Positions 1 through 8,556 of a stretch of 9,834 nucleotides of DNA are shown in pieces (position 1 is the first letter of the stretch; each line of letters begins with the position of its first letter). The position numbers were made by a program, and so were the translations under genes. The stretch is from Octopus sinensis (Eukaryota), in assembly GCF_006345805.1 (NCBI RefSeq), contig NW_021827827.1, forward strand, positions 1 to 9,834, read 5' to 3'. The notes below the pieces were generated by a model. The model was not told where the DNA came from. It made no database searches and worked only from the letters and a program-made list of their open reading frames with translations.

Positions 1-200
1 ATATCTAAATATTGTTTCCATTCTTCTGAGGAAAGGATGGCCAACGTTTCCACATTCCTCAGCTTGTCTTCAAATGAAATAATTTCATATTAAGCAACCG
101 GGACATTTCCTATCGAAATATGGAGGACGTGACGTCATCGGAAAACGAGATCGAGGCCGTCTACAACGAAATAAAATAAAATAAAATACATTAGTTGTAT

Positions 201-252
201 TTGTTATTGCTGCTGTTGTTGTTGTTGTTTGTGATTTTGGTGCTGCTGTTGT
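201..252. repeat. Imperfect (TTG/CTG)n trinucleotide microsatellite
   Basis: Runs of ttg/ctg; source of the poly-Q in ORF 204..443(-). Confidence 0.85.
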
Positions 253-344
253 AGCCCCGTACACAAAGTGGTATCGTTGTTGAGTTTAGCAGGGAGTGTT
301 GTTACGATATAAAGGAATATATATACGTGAGTGTGTGGATGGGT

Positions 345-368
345 GTATGTATGTATGTATGTATGTAT
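345..368. repeat. (GTAT)n microsatellite
   Basis: About six gtat units. Confidence 0.9.
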
Positions 369-376
369 ATTTATAT

Positions 377-420
377 GGTGCTCCAGCATGACCGCAGCTG
401 CATGGCTGAAACGAGTAAAG
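377..420 (+). mobile_element. 3'-terminal fragment of SINE family A (same family as 1759-2203)
   Basis: ggtgctccagcatgaccgcag...ctgaaacgagtaaag. The end matches ctgaaacaagtaaaag, the minus-strand 3' end of the 1759-2203 copy. The rest matches my recollection of the family's 3' end, which is unverified. Confidence 0.55.
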
Positions 421-434
421 CTAAATACCAGTAA

Positions 435-458
435 CATACACACACACTAAAACACACA

Positions 459-516
<58 letters not shown>

Positions 517-525
517 ACACACACA

Positions 526-583
<58 letters not shown>

Positions 584-603
584 TACACACACACACACAC
601 ATA

Positions 604-650
<47 letters not shown>

Positions 651-653
651 ACA

Positions 654-696
<43 letters not shown>

Positions 697-738
697 CACA
701 CACACACACATACACACACATACACACATATACACACA
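435..738. repeat. Long (CA)n microsatellite with CATA interruptions
   Basis: ~300 bp of ca repeats; source of the CVCV ORFs 371..859, 421..735 and 459..737. Confidence 0.98.
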
Positions 739-744
739 AAGATA

Positions 745-966
745 TACGGAGTGGGTGCTGAAAATTCCCTGGCTTTAAGGGCATCGCAAAAGGCCTGGCT
801 GGAGGCCCAGCCTTCGGAGTTCTTTTATAGGGCTTAGAAAAACTTAAGGACCCCTGCAATGGGTGTGTGAATCTGAGAGGGATATGTGTTGAAGAAAATC
901 GTAATTAACTGAACCTCCTGTATTTTCTTTTACCCAAAGCCAGGAACTTTTCTGCCCCCTCTCGTA
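745..966 (+). mobile_element. Non-autonomous mariner (Tc1/mariner) deletion derivative / MITE, ~220 bp
   Basis: Imperfect ~30-bp TIRs (747-776 cggagtgggtgctgaaaattccctggcttt; 936-964 aaagccaggaacttttctgccccctctcg) flanked by TA (745-746, 965-966). The interior translates, with a frameshift, to KAWLEAQPSEFF/*GLEKLKDPCNGCVNLRGICVE, resembling the mariner transposase C-terminus (W...Q...FF..GI.KL..RW.KC....G.YVE). Confidence 0.85.
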
Positions 967-968
967 TA

Positions 969-1240
969 TATCATCATCATCATTGTTCGACAGTGGTCGA
1001 GACGATGGAATTTACCATGCTACGCCAGACTTCACGGGTCCATCATAGCATTACGGAGGTCCTGTTGCAGGATGCCTGTATCCCTGGAGATTACATCAGG
1101 GTAGGAGAGTGTGCGCCCTCTGGTATTGCGAGTAGATGGCTTCCAGAGGAGAAGAGGAGAAATTGCCACGTTTTCAGCTCTACAACAATGTCCAGCAAAC
1201 TGGACTCTCCTACCTTTCACAAGAGATGACACCTGTGTCA
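969..1240 (-). mobile_element. 5'-truncated RTE-clade LINE (C-terminal end of the RT ORF) with (TGA)n tail
   Basis: Minus strand reads VSSLVKGRRVQFAGHCCRAENVAISPLLLWKPSTRNTRGRTLSYPDVISRDTGILQQDLRNAMMD, then a +1 frameshift at 1036-1038, then REVWRSMVNSIVSTTVEQ*. This fits the RTE 'R.RF.GH..R....LLLW.P....GR....Y.D....D.G....AM.DR..W' pattern. (TGA)4 tail at 971-982; 9-bp TSD tctcgtata at 960-968 and 1241-1249. Confidence 0.88.
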
Positions 1241-1245
1241 TCTCG

Positions 1246-1397
1246 TATAAATACATATATATGTATATCGATTTATATGTGTTTATGTATGTGTGTGTAT
1301 GTGTTTGTGTGTGTGTGTGTATGTGTGTGTGTGTATGTATGTGTGTGTGTGTATGTGTGTGTGTGTGTCTGTGTGTGTGTGTATGTGTGTATGTGTA
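1246..1397. repeat. (TA)/(TG)n compound microsatellite
   Basis: Direct reading of the sequence. Confidence 0.95.
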
Positions 1398-1602
1398 CAA
1401 GGTCTTCGAACTAAATTGACAATTTGCATAAAAGGAAAAGAGAGCACAATATCCCATCCAAGAATAAATTTATTTTGAATATTCAAAAGAAAATACCAAC
1501 TAAATTATGGAAGTTAACAGTTTACTCAAAGTAGCCACCCTCACCCTCCACCGCAACCTCAAGATGGCTGCAGAACCTGGCGCATGCATTCCTTACATTT
1601 AT

Positions 1603-1671
1603 ATTTACAGCTGAGGGCCCCTGGAGCAACGTGAAATGAAGTGCTGAAGAGCACAACGCCCCACCGGTCTG
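1603..1671 (-). mobile_element. Degenerate SINE fragment with a CORE-like central segment
   Basis: Minus strand cagaccggtggggcgttgtgctcttcagcacttcatttcacgttgctccaggggccctcagctgtaaat resembles the mollusc CORE-type segment (gttgtgtccttg...cactt...ttgctccagt..cagctgtaaat). Its start also resembles the post-B-box region of family C (cagaccgggcgttgtg). Confidence 0.5.
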
Positions 1672-1758
1672 GCGCAGGCTTCACTCACTATGTTCCTGGA
1701 AAGATCTTCGGACATTTCCTTCATCTTGTTCGCATTTACTCTTTAATTATTGAAATAT

Positions 1759-1942
1759 ACTCTTTTTTTTTTACTCTTTTACTTGTTTCAGCTTTAGTCG
1801 AGCAAATCGACCCCGGGACTTATTCTTTGTAAGCCCAGTACTTATTCTATCGGTCTCTTTTGCGCGAACCGCTAAGTGACGGGGACGTAAACACACCAGC
1901 ATCGGTTGTCAAGCAATGCCATGGGGACAACACAGACACACA

Positions 1943-2027
<85 letters not shown>

Positions 2028-2203
2028 TATATCTATATACGACGGGCTTCTCTTTCAGTTTCCGTCTACCAAATCCACTCACAAGGCTTGGTCGGCCCGG
2101 GGCTATAGTAAGAGACACTTGCCCAAGGTGCCACGCAGTGGGACTGAACCCAGAACCATGTGGCTGGTTAGCAAGCTACTTACCACACAGCCACTCCTGC
2201 GCC
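1759..2203 (-). mobile_element. tRNA-derived SINE family A (CORE-like body, internal (TA)n/(TG)n linker), near full length
   Basis: Head ggcgcaggagtggctgtgtggtaagtagc with A-box-like TGGCTGTGTGG (plus 2183-2193) and B-box-like GGTTCAGTCCC (plus 2140-2150). CORE-like accttgggcaagtgtc (plus 2114-2129). Internal microsatellite 1938-2040. 3' tail ctgaaacaagtaaaagagtaaaa. Confidence 0.85.
1938..2040. repeat. (CA)/(TA)n microsatellite internal to SINE A
   Basis: Direct reading; flanked by SINE sequence on both sides. Confidence 0.95.
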
Positions 2204-2660
2204 TATATGTTCATATTTCCTTCTTAATCCTTTGTGTTAATTTCGAACTACAAAGACCATAAATGCTTCAAAACTTTCTCAGTCTCATCATTCGTATGAA
2301 ACGATGACAATGGGTACTTTGGTGTAGCGTTTTATAATAATCACGAGGGTTCATAGGTTGTAACTGGCCAATCACCATCGTCAGATTTACAATACCTTAA
2401 CGGTTAACTCATGGTTATTTTTATGGTTTATTTCACCTGCGTGTTGGTATTTTGAATGTGTTTAAATATTAACACAGTTTCTGCTCTTAATATCTCAGTT
2501 ATGCTTTGTTAATGCGGTATGGAACCGTGATCCTATCGACTATCCTTTATCTAGTTTTTTTTTTCTTCGCAGTTTGCGTTATATCGTGTCGTAAAACTTC
2601 TTGTTGAAAAATGCATTGTTTAATGATGAGAACCTGTGCTTGTGTGTCCGATTTAACAGC

Positions 2661-2928
2661 TATATGTGCGTGTGTGTATGTGTATGTGTATACACACACA
2701 CACACACACCTCCACACACATACCTACATATATACACATATACATAGATACACAGATACATAGATACAACAATACACATATTAATGCACACATCAAAATA
2801 TTTATATACATATAAATATATACATACATATATACATATATGTGTGTGTGTATTTACACATACATATTTATGCATATTTATAAATGCATACATACACATA
2901 TTTATATTTGTAAACATATATGTATGTA
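2661..2928. repeat. Degenerate TG/CA/TA low-complexity tract
   Basis: Alternating purine-pyrimidine sequence; source of ORFs 2660..2932 and 2784..2996. Confidence 0.9.
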
Positions 2929-3121
2929 CCAAATTTTCGCCGTATGATATGCACTCTGGCCCAAAAACATTCTTATTTTCTGACTACGCTTGGTAGAAAA
3001 AGAAAACAAATTCAGCATGTTTCATTAACTGAAAATTATTTTTAAATCGTTTTGTAGTGGAAAATGTGTGATTCTGTGCATGTAAATTCGATATCGTGAC
3101 TGTATTCCGGTAAACTGGAAT

Positions 3122-3511
3122 GGATGGAAGCACTCCGTCGGTTACGACGACGAGGGTTCCGGTTGATCCGAATCAACGGAACAGCCTGCTCGTGAAATTA
3201 ACGTGTAAGTGGCTGAGCACTCCACAGACACGTGTACCCTTAACGTAGTTCTCGGGGATATTCAGCGTGACACAGAGAGTGACAAGGCCGGCCCTTTGAA
3301 ATACAGGTACAACAGAAACAGGAAGTAAGAGTGAGAGAAAGTTGTGGTGAAAGAGTACAGCAGGGATCACCACCATCCCCTGTCGGAGCCTCGTGGAGCT
3401 TTTAGGTGTTTTCGCTGAATAAACACTCACAACGCCCGGTCTGGGAATCGAAACCGTGATCCTAAGACCGCGAGTCCGCTGCCCTAACCACTGGGCCATT
3501 GCGCCTCCACA
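3122..3511 (-). mobile_element. Full-length tRNA-derived SINE family C, copy 1 (possibly Ceph-type; head resembles tRNA-Arg)
   Basis: Head GGAGGCGCAATGGCCCAGTGGTTAGGGCAGCGGACTCGCGGTCTTAGGATCACGGTTTCGATTCCC with A box TGGCCCAGTGG and B box GGTTTCGATTCCC. 13-bp TSD ggtaaactggaat at 3109-3121 and 3512-3524. About 96% identical to 5606-5993 by manual comparison. The Ceph-type and tRNA-Arg assignments are from recall. Confidence 0.93.
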
Positions 3512-3804
3512 GGTAAACTGGAATATAGTATGAAACAATAAATTTATCGGAAATAACCTAAATTATACGCGTAGCATATTTCAGTTTTATCTTCTTTCTC
3601 CTCAGCTGAATAGTGTTTATATTTTGTCAAAAGAATTGACAAAGATAACGTAAAAACTTGTATTTTGAGCGATGATCTTTAATGTATCTGCGATCTACCA
3701 TCAAGGTTCTGCGCCACTGTTATGATTTTGTTGTCATTCACTTGTAAATAACTGAGAGGAATATGATAGTTTCTCAACAATTTCATCGTCTTCCTCGGAG
3801 ACAT

Positions 3805-3970
3805 TTTCATTTGCACAATTTCATTTGCACATTGTGTCTGCATATATTGATGCACAATTTCATTTGCACATTGTGTCTGTATATATATTGATGCACAATT
3901 TCATTTGCACATTGTGTCTGCATATATTGATGCACAATTTCAATTACACATTGTGTCTGCATATATGGAT
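3805..3970. repeat. 39-bp minisatellite, ~4 units
   Basis: Unit tgcacaatttcatttgcacattgtgtctgcatatattga at 3812-3850, 3851-3891 (41 bp), 3892-3930 and a degenerate 3931-3969; partial unit at 3805-3811. Confidence 0.95.
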
Positions 3971-4066
3971 GTGCGTGTGTATTTTACGTAGACACATTTG
4001 CGCAATCACAGAAGTGTAAAGATATACTGACAAATAGATGGGATAGCTAGCTAGAAAAAAAGAAAC

Positions 4067-4367
<301 letters not shown>

Positions 4368-4448
<81 letters not shown>

Positions 4449-4469
4449 TGATAATAGTAGATAGATAAT

Positions 4470-4556
<87 letters not shown>

Positions 4557-4557
4557 G
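4368..4557. repeat. (GATA)n microsatellite, interrupted at ~4446-4471
   Basis: Direct reading; source of the IYLS ORFs. Confidence 0.98.
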
Positions 4558-4559
4558 GG

Positions 4560-4860
4560 CAGACGGGAAGTCAATCAAGCATACATGTATAGGAGGGAGA
4601 AAAACAAACAGACAAACAGGTAGACAGATAGATATGAAGAAAGACTGATAGTTTGAAGATAAGAGAAAGAACGAGAGAGGAAAAGAGAGATAAATAGTGA
4701 GAGAGACTGGGTTGACACAGAAAATAAAAATAAATAAGCTGGGACAGTTACAGAGAGAAAGAAAGGGAGAGAGAGAATAAGGTAACATAATAGAAAAAAA
4801 GTAAAATGCCATGAGTGGAGCGACAGAGGGAGATGAGGGTAAGTGGAAGTGAGTGGTTTG
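4560..4860. repeat. Purine-rich (GA/GAAA/GACA) degenerate low-complexity region
   Basis: Strong A/G strand skew with decayed gaga/gaca units. Confidence 0.7.
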
Positions 4861-5051
4861 TTTTTAAAGATGTGATCTTTTATGAGCATTAAAATTTGAA
4901 TACAATAAGACGAATCTTACATAAAAATATGGCGTCCGTTCTGACAGCTTTAGACAAAATGGCGTAACAGCTTATCTTATTCTTTGTGTTTCAGACACTG
5001 CAGTTGTTCATCTGGAAATATTCAATGGTGTTTAAACAGAGGTCAAAAATA

Positions 5052-5450
5052 AACATACACATATGTATGTATATAAGTGTGTGTGTGTGTGTGTGTGTGA
5101 GTTTGTGAGTGTGTGTGTGAGAGAGTGTGTCTCTGTATGTGTCTGTATGTGAGTGTCTGTATGTGTGTGTCCGTGTGAGCCCGCGTGCATGTGTGGGTCT
5201 GTGTCTATATCATATATTATATATTACATATGTGAATATATATACGTATGCTTGCTTATATATACATTTACCCGTGTGCACAAATATATGTGTGTGCGTG
5301 CGCATGCGCATTTGCGTCTGAGTGTAATATATATATATACATCCATACATACATACATACATACAAACATACATACATACGTACATATATACGACCGTAT
5401 ACACACACACAAAGATAAATATAAGAATGTGTACATTCGTTTACTCATAT
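5052..5450. repeat. Compound TG/TA/CATA low-complexity tract
   Basis: Direct reading; source of the ORFs between 5127 and 5452. Confidence 0.9.
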
Positions 5451-5605
5451 AATATTCAGTTGTTATTTATTAAACTAGGTTTAAACATATCTTATGTCTT
5501 CGTTCCACATATAATATATACATAAACATAAATATTTTTTATATATCTGTGTATTTGTAAGTGAGTGTGTGTGTGTGTTTGTATGTGTATGTGTGTGTGT
5601 GTCTT

Positions 5606-5993
5606 GGATGGAAGCACTCCGTCGGTTACGACGATGAGGATTACGGTTGATCCGAATCAACAGAACAGCCTGCTCGTGAAATTAACGTGTAAGTGGCTGA
5701 GCACTCCACAGACACGTGTACCCTTAACGTAGTTCTCGGGGATATTCAGCGTGACACAGAGAGTGACAAGGCCAGCCCCTTGAAATACAGGTACAACAGA
5801 AACAGGAAGAAAGAGTGAGAGAAAGTTGTGGTGAAAGAGTACAGCAGGGATCACCACCATCCCCTGCCGGAGCCTCGTGAAGCTTTTAGGTGTTTTCGCT
5901 CGATAAACACTTACAACGCTCGGTCCGGGAATCGAAACCACGATCCTAAGACCGCGAGTCCGCTGCCCTAACCACTGGGCCATTGCGCCTCCC
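5606..5993 (-). mobile_element. Full-length tRNA-derived SINE family C, copy 2
   Basis: Same head and body as 3122-3511; 11-bp TSD gtgtgtgtctt at 5595-5605 and 5994-6004; inserted at the end of a (TG)n tract. Confidence 0.93.
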
Positions 5994-6222
5994 GTGTGTG
6001 TCTTATCAGCATGTTTTATACACACGTACGCACATGCATATGCTCAATCACACGTGGACATGCACTCATTCACAGACACATATATGAGAGCATGAAGGCC
6101 TGGTTTTCTGCCAGAACCGATTCCAGAGAACAAGGGTGTCAAAAAATTTGATACAACAGTTCCAAAACTCTTCACTAAGTTCCTTACAATAGTAGAGAGA
6201 GAAAGGGGAGGGAGGGAAAGGG

Positions 6223-6472
6223 GACGCAGGCGTGGTTGTGTGGTAAGAAGCTGGCAGAATCGTTAGCACGTCGGGCGAAATGCTTAGCGGTATTTTGGCT
6301 GCCGTTATGTTGTGAGTTCAAATTCCGCCGAGGTCGACTTTGCCTTTCATCCTTTCGGGGTCGATAAATTAAGTACCAGTTACGCACTGGGGTCGATATA
6401 ATCGACTTAATACCTATGTCTGTCCATGTTTATCCCTTCTATGTTTAGCCCCTTGTGGGTAATAAAGAAATA
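6223..6472 (+). mobile_element. tRNA-derived SINE family B with a Meta/MESC-like domain, preceded by a family-A head
   Basis: A-box-like TGGCAGAATCG (6252-6262), B box GAGTTCAAATTCC (6314-6326). ggtcgactttgcctttcatcctttcggggtcgataaattaagtaccag (from 6332) matches the Meta domain pattern (GGTCRACTCAGCCTTCCATCCTTCCGAGGTCGGTAAAATGAGTACC). Ends aataaagaaata. Confidence 0.85.
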
Positions 6473-6581
6473 GGTATTTCGTCTGCCGTTACGTTATGAG
6501 TTCAAATTCCGCCGACGTCGACTTTGCCTTTCATCCTTTCGGGGTCGATTAAATAAGTACCAGTTACGCACTGGGTTCGAT
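6473..6581 (+). mobile_element. Second, head-less unit of SINE family B, truncated by LINE sequence
   Basis: Repeats 6289-6397 at a 184-bp period; keeps the B box and Meta domain; breaks at cactgggttcgat|aag. Confidence 0.9.
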
Positions 6582-7084
6582 AAGAAGGAATATATTCACA
6601 GACATGACAGAGTTGGAACTTACATACATTGGAAGCTATGCCAACATTATGGAATAACAACAGAAAAAAGATGGTATAGGCACACACCAGAAAAGGTCAC
6701 AGAAAACGAGAAAGCAACCATACTCTGGGATATGCCGATAACCACAGATAGAGAAATTAAAGCCAACAGACCAGATATAGTTGTCAGAGACCATGAAGAA
6801 AAAAAATGCTTTCTATTGATGTATCAGTACCGGCAGATGACAACGTGTCTCTAAAAGAAATGGAGAAACTCTCAAAATACAAAGACCTGGAAATAGAGGT
6901 AACTAGAATGTGGAATCTGAAAACAGAAACAATTCCTATCATAGTAGGTGCATTAGGCATGATAAAAAAATATTCAGACAAATACATAACAAAAACACCA
7001 GGACTTACAAACACATATAACATACAGAAAATTGCACTACTAGGCACTGCACACATCCTACGCAGAACACGTTCCATACAATAA
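6582..7084 (+). pseudogene. Restriction-like (PD-(D/E)xK) endonuclease domain of an R4/Dong LINE, with one frameshift
   Basis: KKEYIHRHDRVGTYIHWKLCQHYG...KATILWDMPITTDREIKANRPDIVVRDHEEKKCFL, 1-nt deletion at ~6815, then IDVSVPADDNVSLKEMEKLSKYKDLEIEVTRMWNLKTETIPIIVGALG...ALLGTAHILRRTRSIQ*. RHD, RPD, D..VP.D and E..K..KY motifs present. Confidence 0.9.
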
Positions 7085-7187
7085 CCATCAGAGCATCACA
7101 ACAAATCACAGCACATACCCAAGGCACACAGAGCTGCGCTCGGTAGTGAAGTGAAAGCACGCTATAAAAATAAAAATAAAACTACTG
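6582..7187 (+). mobile_element. 5'-truncated R4/Dong-type non-LTR retrotransposon, family R4-A (RLE endonuclease region plus 3' UTR)
   Basis: See the ORF remnant 6582-7084; 3' UTR 7085-7187 followed by an (AAT)n tail. Confidence 0.9.
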
Positions 7188-7228
7188 AATAATAATAATA
7201 ATAATGATAATAATAATAATAATAATAA
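7188..7228. repeat. (AAT)n tract
   Basis: Separates R4-A from element X copy 1. Confidence 0.97.
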
Positions 7229-7460
7229 ATGCCCTCATGCAGTACCAGGCAGTGGCTCTCGTGGCTTCTGATCTTAACTGATTGGAAGTGTTATCATGTA
7301 CATTGTTTTGTCTTGGTATAAAAGATGGGTTACAGCAAATATTCTGCTCAATACCACAGATTTGCTTGTCAGTTGTTTGACCTTAACCAGTTGAGCATGT
7401 CCCTTAGTGGCTGACGATATGTGCATCTCTGATCACGAGCAGAAGTAGTGGGGGAGCATC
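7229..7460 (+). mobile_element. Element X copy 1 (5' ~230 nt only)
   Basis: Near-identical to the start of copy 2 (7461 onward); ends at gggggagcatc, directly abutting copy 2. Confidence 0.85.
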
Positions 7461-7985
7461 AATGCCCTGATGCAGTACCAGGCAGTGGCTCTCATGACTT
7501 CTGATCTTAACTAATTGGAGGTGTTATCATGTACATTGTTTTGTCTTGGTATAAAAGATGGGCTACAGCAAATATTCTGCTCAATACCACAGATTTGCTT
7601 GTCAGTTGTTTGACCTTACCAGTTGAGCACTGATCACGAGCAGAAGTAGTGGGGGAGCATCATAGCCATGTGTTGAGAAGGATTCTTTGGGGTTTGAATA
7701 ATTCACCTCTGGAAACATGGGTGTTTCGTTCAACGTCCTTAAACAACCCTTATTCAGGGACCTTTTGAGCGGGATGGGTTACTGGATCTGAAGAAAATTC
7801 TAACTGAGATCCACCTGCAAGGTCATGTGCTGTTTATCTTGATATGAGATCACCATATCGCGCACATATGGTTGTGATGCATGTGCCTGGTGTACCCTTA
7901 TCAGACGGGTAGTCATGATGGGTATACTGGGCTTCGTATATTTTACCCCAGTGTCACTTTGATGGCATGCTCTGCTCGCTCACTC
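7461..7985 (+). mobile_element. Element X copy 2 (longest copy; 31-bp internal deletion at 7629/7630)
   Basis: Ends ...gctcgctcactc + (AAT)n 7986-8007; homologous to copies 1, 3 and 4; no ORF found on either strand. Confidence 0.85.
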
Positions 7986-8007
7986 AATAATAATAATAAT
8001 AATAATA

Positions 8008-8437
8008 AAATATTCTGCTCAATACCACAGATTTGCTTGTCAGTTGTTTGACGCTAACCAGTTGAGCATGTCCCTTAGTGGCTGACAATATGTGCATCTC
8101 TGATCACGAGCAGAAGTAGTGGGGGAGCATCATAGCCATGTGTTGAGAAGGATTCTTTGGGGTTTGAATAATTCACCTCTGGAAACATGGGTGGTTCTTT
8201 CAACATCAGGGACCTTTTGAGCAGGATGGGCTACTCAACCTGAAGAAAATTCTAACTGGGCCCCACCTGCAAGGTCATGTGCTGTTTATCTTGATATGAG
8301 ATCACCATGTCGCGCACATATGGTTGTGATGCATGTGCCTGGTGTACCTTTATCAGACGGGTAGTCATGATGGGTATATTGGGCTTCGTATATTTTACCC
8401 CAGTGTCACTTTGATGGCATGAACTGCTCTCTCACTC
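8008..8437 (+). mobile_element. Element X copy 3 (5'-truncated; 18-bp deletion at 8207/8208)
   Basis: Starts mid-element (aaatattctgctc); same 3' end ctctcactc + (AAT)n. Confidence 0.87.
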
Positions 8438-8491
8438 AATAATAATAATAATGATAATCATAATAATAATAATAATATAATAATAATAATG

Positions 8492-8556
<65 letters not shown>

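Noticed and set aside
1678-1740. Minus-strand candidate exon ending ata|gtgagt (MKEMSEDLSRNI)
   Set aside because: Good donor but poor acceptor, and no recognisable homology.
2270-2625. Candidate micro-exons (2283-2312 SHHSYETMTM; acceptor ttttttcttcgcag at ~2571)
   Set aside because: Splice-like signals are common in AT-rich DNA; frames are short and unrecognisable.
3440-3508. tRNA gene
   Set aside because: The tRNA-like head lacks a proper acceptor stem partner and continues into a SINE body with TSDs.
3173-3538. 121/122-aa near-identical ORFs at 3173..3538(-) and 5657..6025(-)
   Set aside because: They are read-through of the two SINE C copies; the similarity comes from the repeat, not from a gene family.
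4926-4973. Two YY1-like AANATGGCG words in a short imperfect direct repeat
   Set aside because: No other promoter evidence; explainable as a small local duplication.
6090-6195. Possible decayed mariner C-terminus (KAWFSART../..LIQQFQN)
   Set aside because: Needs frameshifts, the similarity is weak, and no TIR was found.
6784-7077. 97-aa minus-strand ORF
   Set aside because: Antisense shadow of the R4-A endonuclease frame.
7710-7800. Hammerhead in element X (GAAAC...GUU and CUGAAGA)
   Set aside because: Stems I and II cannot be formed around the core.
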